This document shows positions 1 to 8,705 of a stretch of 34,242 bases of DNA, piece by piece. Made by a program: the position numbers and the translations under genes. The notes below the pieces were generated by a model. It had not been told where the DNA came from. It worked only from the letters and a program-made list of their open reading frames with translations, and made no database searches. Source of the stretch: a virus. Lineage: Duplodnaviria > Caudoviricetes. Where the stretch lies: positions 1 through 34,242 of the IMG/VR virus record IMGVR_UViG_3300010398_000024; one strand, written 5' to 3'. Each line of letters opens with the position of its first letter. Position 1 is the first letter of the stretch.

Positions 1-2
1 CG

Positions 3-623
3 ATGCAGGATGCGCTCGACAAGGAGCTTGGTTCGTGTGCGGATGAACGCTTCTGGACCGCAACCATCGCGGTGATCCTGCAAGGTGCCAAATACGCCAA
101 GGAGCTTTCGCTCTGCGATATACCGCTGGAGCCGCTCAAGGGCTTTCTCATCACGACGCTCAAGGACATGCGCATTCACGTCGGAGACAATCCGACCGAT
201 ATGGCATCGATCGACAGCGTGTCGAACGTGCTCGCCCAGTACCTGAACGACATGGCCGGGGAGCACACGTTGACGACCAACATCATCAACAGCCAGCTCG
301 TCAGGGCCAACCACGCGGTGGCGGGGCGGCCGCCGACGGCAGCAATCAAGATCGCCACCGACACCACCAAGCTCGGCGGGATCTACGTGCAGGTTGCAAC
401 CGACGACAAGGTGATCCGCCTGAGCACGACCCATCTGGAGCGCTGGCTGGCGCAGAACCGCTACCCCATCAAGACGTTCATCTCGAGCTTGAAATCCGAC
501 CTCGGCGCCGTCAGTTGCAAGGCACGGCTGGGTTCGGGCGTGACGGGCCGGATCATCGTGCAGGAGCGCGTGCTCGACATCGACCTGACACACAGCAAGG
601 CACAGGGCCTTATAGGCACATGA
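3..623 (+). CDS. C-terminal part of a probable phage primase/helicase (DUF927-type); 5' truncated by the window edge
   Basis: Open frame from the edge with an ERFW motif and C-terminal layout I recall from DUF927 phage replication proteins; stop overlaps the next ATG (ATGA). Confidence 0.5.
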   Translation: MQDALDKELGSCADERFWTATIAVILQGAKYAKELSLCDIPLEPLKGFLITTLKDMRIHVGDNPTDMASIDSVSNVLAQYLNDMAGEHTLTTNIINSQLVRANHAVAGRPPTAAIKIATDTTKLGGIYVQVATDDKVIRLSTTHLERWLAQNRYPIKTFISSLKSDLGAVSCKARLGSGVTGRIIVQERVLDIDLTHSKAQGLIGT

Positions 624-889
624 CCGATACCATCCGACGAATGATCGCGCTTGCCGAAGAGTGCGGCCTCAAATACGTGGGCACGCTCGACGGCAAGGCG
701 CATTTCCGGCTCGTGTTCGAGAACGCGCTCGGACAGCGTTTCATCAAACTCGCACCGCATGGCAACGGCGCTGGGAGCAGTGGTCGCAAGATGGCGAACA
801 GCCGCTCCCAGTTTCGACGATTCGCGCGTGGGGAAACCCACGGCCTCTACGTCTTACCCGCGCGGGTAACTACTTCCGGGACCGATTAG
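620..889 (+). CDS. HicA-like small protein (89 aa)
   Basis: ATG at 620 overlaps the upstream TGA. MTDTIRRM...DGKAHFRLVF...SSGRKMANSRSQFRRF resembles the G-x-x-H / S..R...N.R.Q.RR pattern of phage HicA-like proteins. Confidence 0.5.
   Translation: MTDTIRRMIALAEECGLKYVGTLDGKAHFRLVFENALGQRFIKLAPHGNGAGSSGRKMANSRSQFRRFARGETHGLYVLPARVTTSGTD
854..869. promoter_or_regulatory. TTACC-N6-GGTAA palindrome
   Basis: TTACCcgcgcgGGTAA, next to the HNH stop codon. Confidence 0.75.
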
Positions 890-1097
890 CGGTCTTCGAT
901 TCGACCCGCAAATTGGAGCGGGCGTTCGTCCCCCCGGAATCGATCGCCCGCTTGTGATGAACGTCTTTGCCATCACCCTTCTTCACGGTGCCTTCCTTCA
1001 GAAGCTTGGCACGCGCCGCGTTGCGCTGCGCCCGCTGCTTGATGCGCTCGGGCTTGCCGTGAAAAAGCTTGTACTCACGCTTGTAGTCGCGTGCCAT
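870..1097 (-). CDS. Small HNH endonuclease
   Basis: DGKDVHHK...GGTN..SNLRV...ANR HNH signature in a basic 75-aa protein; last gene of the minus-strand operon. Confidence 0.85.
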   Translation of the reverse strand: MARDYKREYKLFHGKPERIKQRAQRNAARAKLLKEGTVKKGDGKDVHHKRAIDSGGTNARSNLRVESKTANRSRK

Positions 1098-1574
1098 TCA
1101 GTGCCCCGGCTGAGCATGCGGCTTCGCTGCCGTATGGGTCGGTGGCGGTGTCGTTGGCGTATCGGCTGCACCAGCCTTGTCGTCGGCCTTCTTGGTCCCC
1201 GGTGCCGGGCCCTGACCTTCGACCACTGCCGTGCGCACGTTGAACATGTCCTTCTCGTCCGAGGTCGCCGTCAAGGAATGCACGGTCTTGAGCGCAACGT
1301 TGCCGCCGTGATTGGCGTCGTCGGCCGAAACCGACATCACCACCGCCGGTACGTTCACGAGATCGCCCACGCTCACATCGGCGCCATTGGCGTCCTTGTA
1401 GGTGGGCGGCGGTGCCGCGGCCGGTTCGGGTGCGGCCTTGGGTGTCGCTGCCGGTTTCGCCTTGGCCTCGGCTGCGGCTTCTTCCTGCGGTCCTGCTGTA
1501 CCAGCAGCCGGCTTGGCTGCGGTTGCCGGGTCGGGTGCTTTGTGAGATGTCGTTTCGGGATGTTGAACAGACAT
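1098..1574 (-). CDS. Hypothetical Ala/Pro-rich protein with a small central beta domain
   Basis: GGAG RBS upstream; abuts the HNH gene; core DANGADVSVGDLVNV flanked by low-complexity arms. Confidence 0.75.
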   Translation of the reverse strand: MSVQHPETTSHKAPDPATAAKPAAGTAGPQEEAAAEAKAKPAATPKAAPEPAAAPPPTYKDANGADVSVGDLVNVPAVVMSVSADDANHGGNVALKTVHSLTATSDEKDMFNVRTAVVEGQGPAPGTKKADDKAGAADTPTTPPPTHTAAKPHAQPGH

Positions 1575-1603
1575 AGCAAGCTCCTTCGTTTAAAGGGTGG
1601 TGA

Positions 1604-4600
1604 TCAGTAATACGACGCGGCCTGCTCGGCCAGTCCCTTGGTCTCCTTGTTGACCTTCACGCCCGCGACGTTCTGGGCCTTCTTCGATGCCGCCAGCGCC
1701 TTCATCAAGGTGCCGCGATCGATCCGGCTCGACGACGGGTTGTGGGAATTGAACTCCTGAATGCGCTCCCACTGCGCCTCGCGGCTCTCGGGCGACGACC
1801 CGACCCATTTCGCAATCAGGCTGCGGCGCTGGGTGTTGTAGCCGCTGACGGCACGATGCACTGCCTGCTCTTGGCTGCGGGCCTCGGCCTCGGCGGCCGG
1901 GGTGAACCCGACCACCCGCTTGATCCGGTCGACCGCGCCGGGAGTATAGCCGTCGGGCTTGGCCCCGCCGAAAATCGCTTCCTTGGTGTCGCGCAGCGCC
2001 TGCGCCGGCATCATCTGCATGCCGCCGTCGATCACGTCGTTGTAGTCGTTGGCGGTGATCATCTTCTTGATCCCGTGCACCGCATCGGCAGCAAGCGAGC
2101 CCGGCGCTCCCATCGCGGTGGTCGCCAAGAACTCCCACGTCGAGGCGTCGTCGTTCTTCTCAGGGAGCCCGTAGGTCCAGAAGCTGTCGAGGCCGAGGCG
2201 ATGGTGCACGTCGACGCCAAACGCAGTCGCGCCCATGCCGTTCAGCACGACGCTGGAAGCGTCCTTGCCGATCGCGTTCGACAAATTCTTCCTGACGCTG
2301 TCCTCGACGTCGTTCCAGTCGCCAGACGTCAGCCCGATCCCCTTGGCGATCCACGCCAGCGCTTTCAACGGCTCGAGCGGCAGGCCCTGTAGCGCGCCCG
2401 CCATCATCATGTGCGCGCCCAACAGCATGCCCAAGGATTTCATCGCTTCGATGCGCTCGTCTTTGGGCACGCCCGGACCAAACGACTTGACCGCCAGCTT
2501 GGCGATCAGGTGGTACATCATCTGCGGGAACTGCTTGAATTGCAGGAACGGGCGAAGATATTTGTTCTTGAACAGCGGCGCGGTGTTGCTCGGCGAGAAC
2601 TTGCCCTGCGTGTCCTCGATGATCTGCCGGGCGTAATTGACCGCACCCTCGTGCGCTTCTGCCGACGACTTACCCGCACGGGTAAGCTTGTCGTACTCGA
2701 GCCGGTAAGCGGTCGACGCACCGACGAACCTATTGATGGCCTCGGTCGCATTGGTGAGATGGCGATACACCGTGTCGACACGCTGCACCGCGCGGTCCAT
2801 CACACCCGACGTTTCATGCGGCAGGTACTTCGAGAATTCATAGCCCGCCTGTGGATGGATCAGGCCCTCCTTGACGAGCTGGCGGAAAAGCTTGGCGAGC
2901 CGCGCCCCGTCGGGCGAGTCTTTGACGGCATCGGCAAACAGGTGCTCGTAATTGGTACCCTTGTGCAGCGCGTCGGCCAGCGACGCCACGAAGTCCTTGC
3001 CGCCCGCTTTGTAGGCGCCACCCAAGTCACGCCACGTCCGCGTCAGCATCGCATAGGTCTTGAGCGCACCGTGCCGACCGGCGATCACCGGCGCGGTTAT
3101 CATCGGCAGATGCGTCTGGCGCAGGATGAGATGGCTGGCGCGGACCATGCGCGCCACATACGAGTACATCATCAGCTTGCGGGTGAATTTCGTGAAGGCG
3201 CCCGACGTCTGGTCGGGGTCGCGCATGGTGAGCCGGCGGTGGATCTCGTTGGCGACTTCGCGACGACGGGCATTGTCCTTGTCGTTGCGATTGGCCTGAA
3301 TGTGCCGCTCCATGTCCTCGGTCAGCTTGTCGAGCTTGGGCGCATAGGCGAGGCGAGCGCGATAATTCGCCTGACCGACATTGTAGGTGTCGAGCACCCG
3401 CGTCACGTCTTCGCTTGCACCGCGCACGTTGCGCCTGACGAGCCTCCTGTGCTGGATGCGGTTGCCCGACTGGTTCCTGATCGACGTCTCGATGATGGTC
3501 TGGCGCATCAGCGCCTTCTGGCCTTCGGTCGCCTTCTGGTAGCCCTCGGTCTGCTCGAGGCGCTTCAAGAGCTGCTTGGTTGCGGCGTTGGTGAACTGCT
3601 CCGACGTGCGCAGATCAGAGCGCTGCTCCTCGGCCCGCAGCTCGTCGAACAGATTGTTGTTGTGCTCCTTCAGATCGCTGACGCGCTGGCGCGCCTGCTC
3701 GGCGGTATCGAACTTCTCGAAATGCTCGCGGTGGACCTGCACCGCATAGCGCTGCTCGGGCTCGGTGCCGTCCTTGGCAACGTCATCCTTGGTCGTCTGC
3801 TTGCCGGTCTTCGGATCGTAGTAGCGGATCTCGGTCTCGGTATGGAGATCGCCGTTTTTCTTGACAGCAAACTCGTGCGCGTCCTTGCGATTTTTGAACT
3901 CCCAAGTGTCATCGCCGATCTTTCGTATCGCATTACCCGGCTCGGTAACTTTGTACTTGCCAACCACGGCGTGATCGCCAAACCGGTCCATCGGAATGTA
4001 GGGGCCCTTGCGCACGATGAGCCGCCCGACGCCCAGCTCGTCCGCTGCCTTCTTGCCCAGCGTCGCCTCGACGCGGGCCCGGTGCTCGCTGTCCATCCCC
4101 GCCTGAATGGCTTCGGTGGCCTTGAAGGCACGCTCCTGAATGCCGGCAAACTCGGGTGCCGCACCGACGATATCCTTGTAGGTGTCCGATAGCTCGGGAT
4201 GCTTCTCGCGCGCCTTCCACTGATTGATCGAGTTCTCGTGGTCGACGTCCTTGGCGCCCTTGGCGAGCTTGGCCTCCATCTCCTTGGACGTGGTGATGTG
4301 CGCATTGCGTCCGACGCCCAGCGGCTGCGAAGCGTCGACGCCGTAGCGCGACTGGTCCATCAACAGCTTGTTGGCTTTCTCCTGAAGCTCGGGATGGGCG
4401 TTGTAGAACTGAGTCAACTCGGCATTGACGTCGTTGAGCGGCTCCATCAGCTCCTTGGCATGCACCGCCTGCTCGTCGTTGACGCGCGAGATCTCGGGCG
4501 CCATCGGCAAGATGTCTTTGTGCCAGTCCGCGACTTGGGCGAAGGTCGAGAGGTTCGACAGTATCCAGCGACTGACGTCGCCCGCTTGCCGTCCCCGTGC

Positions 4601-7600
4601 TGCCGCGGTCGAGATCGCTTTCGACGCCATCGCCGCCGGATTTGTGGCGGCATGGATCATGTCCTTCATGCCCGCCTTGGTGCCGTCCGCGATGTGCTCG
4701 GCAATCGTGCGCATCGTCACCGCTTCGGACGGCTGTGGCGACTGGGCTTCGACCAGCCGGGCCAGCGCCATGCGCTCGCTCCTCTTGGGCGGCAGAGCTT
4801 CGCTCCACAGCGGTTCGTTGCCCTCGGTCTTACCCATGTGGGTAAAGCTGCGGCGGAACGGTGTTTCCTCGCTCAGGTCCTTGGCGAGCGGGCTGATGAA
4901 TTTCTTGGTCTCGGCTTCTGCCGGGGCGCCGATGAACTGACCGACGAAGTCGGGCATGCCGCGCCAGCGTATCTCGGGACGGTAGATGTTGTGCTCGGCC
5001 AGCGCGTCGAACGCTTCTTCGTTGAGGCGGAAGATGCCTTCCATCATCGACGACATTTCGGCAGGCTTGTAGTCGCCGAGCTTTATGTACTTGCGCAGCG
5101 CCGCCATCATGCCGCGGAACAGCGACTTGAACTGTCCGCCATAGGAGAAACCGATCTCCTTGGCGAGCGCATCCGACATCTGGTACTTCGCCAGCATCTC
5201 CTGAAGCCGCGGGTTGGCGAACGCCTCGGCAATGAACTCGCGCACATTGGTGAAGCCGTACTGGCTGCGCGCAATGTCCTCCATCGTCTTGAAGCCGGAT
5301 TCGGGATCGGCCAGCAGCGCCGCCTGCAACTCGCCGGCAATCTTGCCGTAGGCTTCCGCCAGCTTGGGATGGCGATAGGTCAGGTACACCGTCGCCGCGT
5401 GCATCGCTTCGTGCATCACGGTGTGGCGGATCTCGTCGGGCGTATCTTCGTAGCCGATGATGATGGCGTCTTTGATGAGCCCCGGTATCCCGGCCAGCTC
5501 GGGATCGCCCCTGATGTTGAAAGCGACGCCGTTGTAGAACCCGGCGACGCGACCTTCATCGCCGCCCCGGTTATTGGTCAGTGCGCGCATCTCTTCGTTG
5601 CTGACGAAGTAGACCGGCAGATTGCCGATGATCCTCGTCAGCCGGTCGCGCATCACGCCCTCAAACAGGCGCAGGATCGGGTATTGCTTGCTGGCGGCTA
5701 CCAGCTTGGGCAGCACGTCGGCGAGCTTCTGCGGCTTCTTGTCTGCCAGAAGCCGCGCGTAACGCTTGTTGTCGTCGATGAAATCTTCGTGGGTGTATTC
5801 GTGGCTCTCTTCGGCCGGATCGACCTTCGGCACGCGCCGATAGGCCGGCCCGTCGGGCGTTGGCGGCCCGCGCCGTTTCTTTTTGGTCTCGACCATAAAA
5901 GAACCGGTCGAGTCCTTGCCGAGAGTGACTTCGTCGCCCTTTAGCTTGGTGGGTTCGCGCTCGCGGCCTCCACCTTCGACCGCTGCTTCTTCTTCATCGC
6001 TTGCCGCTTCGCTGGCTTCGCGCTCTTGCTTTGCCGAGAGCCGCTCTTCCGGGCTTTCTTCTGTGGGCGCCGCTGCTTTTTCGCCCGGCTTGCCTGCGCT
6101 TTCTTCTGCTTCTTCGCTGCCACCTTTTGCCTCCGCTTTCTTTGCGAGTTCAGCCTCGATCGTTCGCGCCTCGATGATGCGATCGACGTCGGCACGATTG
6201 CCCCTGCGAAGTGCGGCTTCGCGCGAGAGATACTCGTCGAGGTATTTGACTTTCTCGCCCAGCGACTTGTTGGTCAGGCCGCCGCCCTTCTCACGGAATA
6301 AGCGCACAAGTCGACGGGCTTCGGCAAGCATCACCGTCGAGCCGTTATAGGCGTAGCCGGGGTCCATCGCCCTCTTGATCGAGCCGGGCCACTTGTAGCC
6401 GTGGTCCTCGGCCATCTTCACCATCGCCCGCGCACGCTCGATGATGGCGGCACGCGCTTTCTGACCGGACTCGCCGGGAGCGCGATAACGCTTCTCGATA
6501 TCGCTTTCGGGATGGGCGTCGACGATCACCTTTGCCGAGTTGTTGGTGTCGGCACGTTCGGCTTTCTCGGCGAGGGTGCCCTTGTGGCCCTTGCCCTTCA
6601 TCAAGTCGGCCTTGACCGCCTCGACGTCCTTGCCTTCTTCCTTCGCCTTGTCGAGCGCCGCCTGATGCGCTTCGCGCTCGGCTTCGGCCTTGGCACGCTT
6701 GCCGGTGGTCGCTTTCTCCGCCTTGAGCATTTCCTGCCGTGCCCGCTCGGCTTCCTCGTACTTGGCTTTGACCGCGGGATCGGTGACGCGGATCACGGTG
6801 CCGGACTTACCTTCGCGGGTAACACCGGTCTCAGCGGGCTTCTCGGCAGGCGCTTCCTTCTTCGCCTTGGCCTTCTTCTTGAGCTTCTCGCCCACCGTCT
6901 CTTTTGCAGCCGGTGCCGCTTCGGCGGGCTTCTCAGCAGGTGCTGCTTCGGCAGCGGGTGCTACTTCAGCGGGCTTGGCTTCAGCAGCAGGTTCAGCCTT
7001 GGCGCCCGGCTCTTCGGCGGCTCGCGCGTCCTCGCGCGCTTTTAGCGTCTCGGCGGGGTGCTCGACGCTTACGGTAAGGTTCGGATCGCGGCCGATTTCC
7101 GCCGCCTGCTCAGGCACAGTCGAGGGCGTGCCGATCGCAGACTTGACTTCGTTGCCTGCCTGATCGCGCCCGACGACGCCCACAGCTGGCTCGCCAGCCT
7201 GAATCTTTTCTGCGATGTCGGCCTTGTTATACGGGCCGATGCCGATGATTTCATTGATGCGGCCTTCCTGCACCGCCTTGCGCACATCTGCATGCGTAAG
7301 GCCGCTCTTGGGATCGAAATAAACCGCGGCGACGCCTTTCATCCCGCCGCTCGCCCTGAGCATGCCCGCGGGCTGGGGCGGCATGTCGGCCGCCTTGGTA
7401 CCTTTCGGGAACACGACCGCGGCGCGCTGCCCGTTCACAAGCTGTTCTACCTGCGCCTGAAACGCCGACCGGCTCTCGGGCACCGTCGTGCCCTCGGCGG
7501 TTGCGGCGGCTGCGGCAGGCAGTGCCTGCTCGGCGGCAGCGCCAGCAGCCTCTGCGGGCTTCACAGCGACCGTCGGTCCCGCCGTGACATCTGCTCCGGG

Positions 7601-8704
7601 CTTCTTCGCCGCGGGCTCCTGCGCCATCGACGCGGCCTGTGCGCCCGCGTTTCCCGACCGGGGTGGCGTGCCTTGCGACGCCACGTCCCCGGTCTCAGGC
7701 GTGCCGCCGGTCTCCGGTACCGTCGGCGTCTCGGGCGGCGCTACCGGAACCTTCGTGCCGGGAGCTTTCTCCTCGACACCGGGTACCTTGTGCGGCAGGA
7801 CGCCGAACGCGCCACCCATCTCGACGCCGCCGACCACGCCGCTCAGAGCGGCGGTGGCAACCGCGGTGGGATCGAACTGCTTGGACGGATCAAGCACCGA
7901 CTGGGCGTACTGGGTGCCGTATTCGAGCGCGCCCGACTGCACGCCCAAGCCCAAGCCGGTCTCGGCTGCGCCCTCGAGCACCCGGCGCCCGAGCTTCGCG
8001 CCCGCGGTGCCCAATGGGATGCCGAACATCTTGCCGACCGGACCCAGCGTCGTCGCTGCCGCACCGGTGGCGAAATTGATCAGCGGCGAGATCCCCGCCA
8101 TCTTGTCGGCGAGTTCTTGGCGCGCCTCGAACTCCGATGCGCCGTGCTGCCGCGCCGTCTTGTAGATGACGTTGTTCATCAAGTCGGCGTCGGACTTGTC
8201 GTCGAGCATCTTGTAGATGTCGTCCATACCGAAACCGACATTGAGACCGCCGCCGCCCGCAGCGCCCAGCGCAGCACCGATCGCAGTGCCCGCGAGTTCT
8301 TCCGGCGCGGCGTAAGCCGCAGCCGCGGCACCCGCCATCATGGGTGCCATCGACAGACCGCCTAAAAGCGTCGCCCGGATCGGGTGACGCCACCAATCGG
8401 CATCCGTCATGTTCTCCTGAAGCGCGCGGCGGCCTTCGGGCGATACGCCCGTCGCCTGCTCCTGCTCTTCGTAGGTGAAGAACTTCCGCCAAGCGTCGGC
8501 GTTCTGCGCCAGCTCGGGGTCGCTTCGCCCCATGTACTGGATTGCGCTCGCGACCGAGCCGCCCGCCTGCGCGCCGTATTCGGCAAGCGCCTCCGGGTAG
8601 TCCGCCAAGTTACCCAAGAAGGTAGAAGCGTCCTGATCGAGCGTCGGCGCTTGCTGTTCGCCGTAGGCTAGACCGGGTGCGCCTTCGACATAGTCGTCTG
8701 CCAT
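1604..8704 (-). CDS. Giant (2366 aa) internal virion/ejection protein with zincin-like HExxH and PLxRFG-like motifs
   Basis: HTVMHEAMH...EFIAEAF (about 5225-5420) and GPYIPMDRFG (about 3977-4006); N-terminal Gly/Ala hydrophobic segments; last of three ejection-type genes. Confidence 0.8.
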   Translation of the reverse strand: MADDYVEGAPGLAYGEQQAPTLDQDASTFLGNLADYPEALAEYGAQAGGSVASAIQYMGRSDPELAQNADAWRKFFTYEEQEQATGVSPEGRRALQENMTDADWWRHPIRATLLGGLSMAPMMAGAAAAAYAAPEELAGTAIGAALGAAGGGGLNVGFGMDDIYKMLDDKSDADLMNNVIYKTARQHGASEFEARQELADKMAGISPLINFATGAAATTLGPVGKMFGIPLGTAGAKLGRRVLEGAAETGLGLGVQSGALEYGTQYAQSVLDPSKQFDPTAVATAALSGVVGGVEMGGAFGVLPHKVPGVEEKAPGTKVPVAPPETPTVPETGGTPETGDVASQGTPPRSGNAGAQAASMAQEPAAKKPGADVTAGPTVAVKPAEAAGAAAEQALPAAAAATAEGTTVPESRSAFQAQVEQLVNGQRAAVVFPKGTKAADMPPQPAGMLRASGGMKGVAAVYFDPKSGLTHADVRKAVQEGRINEIIGIGPYNKADIAEKIQAGEPAVGVVGRDQAGNEVKSAIGTPSTVPEQAAEIGRDPNLTVSVEHPAETLKAREDARAAEEPGAKAEPAAEAKPAEVAPAAEAAPAEKPAEAAPAAKETVGEKLKKKAKAKKEAPAEKPAETGVTREGKSGTVIRVTDPAVKAKYEEAERARQEMLKAEKATTGKRAKAEAEREAHQAALDKAKEEGKDVEAVKADLMKGKGHKGTLAEKAERADTNNSAKVIVDAHPESDIEKRYRAPGESGQKARAAIIERARAMVKMAEDHGYKWPGSIKRAMDPGYAYNGSTVMLAEARRLVRLFREKGGGLTNKSLGEKVKYLDEYLSREAALRRGNRADVDRIIEARTIEAELAKKAEAKGGSEEAEESAGKPGEKAAAPTEESPEERLSAKQEREASEAASDEEEAAVEGGGREREPTKLKGDEVTLGKDSTGSFMVETKKKRRGPPTPDGPAYRRVPKVDPAEESHEYTHEDFIDDNKRYARLLADKKPQKLADVLPKLVAASKQYPILRLFEGVMRDRLTRIIGNLPVYFVSNEEMRALTNNRGGDEGRVAGFYNGVAFNIRGDPELAGIPGLIKDAIIIGYEDTPDEIRHTVMHEAMHAATVYLTYRHPKLAEAYGKIAGELQAALLADPESGFKTMEDIARSQYGFTNVREFIAEAFANPRLQEMLAKYQMSDALAKEIGFSYGGQFKSLFRGMMAALRKYIKLGDYKPAEMSSMMEGIFRLNEEAFDALAEHNIYRPEIRWRGMPDFVGQFIGAPAEAETKKFISPLAKDLSEETPFRRSFTHMGKTEGNEPLWSEALPPKRSERMALARLVEAQSPQPSEAVTMRTIAEHIADGTKAGMKDMIHAATNPAAMASKAISTAAARGRQAGDVSRWILSNLSTFAQVADWHKDILPMAPEISRVNDEQAVHAKELMEPLNDVNAELTQFYNAHPELQEKANKLLMDQSRYGVDASQPLGVGRNAHITTSKEMEAKLAKGAKDVDHENSINQWKAREKHPELSDTYKDIVGAAPEFAGIQERAFKATEAIQAGMDSEHRARVEATLGKKAADELGVGRLIVRKGPYIPMDRFGDHAVVGKYKVTEPGNAIRKIGDDTWEFKNRKDAHEFAVKKNGDLHTETEIRYYDPKTGKQTTKDDVAKDGTEPEQRYAVQVHREHFEKFDTAEQARQRVSDLKEHNNNLFDELRAEEQRSDLRTSEQFTNAATKQLLKRLEQTEGYQKATEGQKALMRQTIIETSIRNQSGNRIQHRRLVRRNVRGASEDVTRVLDTYNVGQANYRARLAYAPKLDKLTEDMERHIQANRNDKDNARRREVANEIHRRLTMRDPDQTSGAFTKFTRKLMMYSYVARMVRASHLILRQTHLPMITAPVIAGRHGALKTYAMLTRTWRDLGGAYKAGGKDFVASLADALHKGTNYEHLFADAVKDSPDGARLAKLFRQLVKEGLIHPQAGYEFSKYLPHETSGVMDRAVQRVDTVYRHLTNATEAINRFVGASTAYRLEYDKLTRAGKSSAEAHEGAVNYARQIIEDTQGKFSPSNTAPLFKNKYLRPFLQFKQFPQMMYHLIAKLAVKSFGPGVPKDERIEAMKSLGMLLGAHMMMAGALQGLPLEPLKALAWIAKGIGLTSGDWNDVEDSVRKNLSNAIGKDASSVVLNGMGATAFGVDVHHRLGLDSFWTYGLPEKNDDASTWEFLATTAMGAPGSLAADAVHGIKKMITANDYNDVIDGGMQMMPAQALRDTKEAIFGGAKPDGYTPGAVDRIKRVVGFTPAAEAEARSQEQAVHRAVSGYNTQRRSLIAKWVGSSPESREAQWERIQEFNSHNPSSSRIDRGTLMKALAASKKAQNVAGVKVNKETKGLAEQAASYY
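2670..2685. promoter_or_regulatory. TTACC-N6-GGTAA palindrome
   Basis: TTACCcgcacgGGTAA. Confidence 0.75.
3933..3948. promoter_or_regulatory. TTACC-N6-GGTAA palindrome
   Basis: TTACCcggctcGGTAA. Confidence 0.75.
4830..4845. promoter_or_regulatory. TTACC-N6-GGTAA palindrome
   Basis: TTACCcatgtgGGTAA. Confidence 0.75.
6807..6822. promoter_or_regulatory. TTACC-N6-GGTAA palindrome
   Basis: TTACCttcgcgGGTAA. Confidence 0.75.
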
Positions 8705-8705
8705 G

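Noticed and set aside
1604-8704. Giant ORF as tape measure protein or virion RNA polymerase
   Set aside because: No tail tube/chaperone context and no recognisable polymerase catalytic motif; zincin and PLxRFG motifs fit an ejection protein better.
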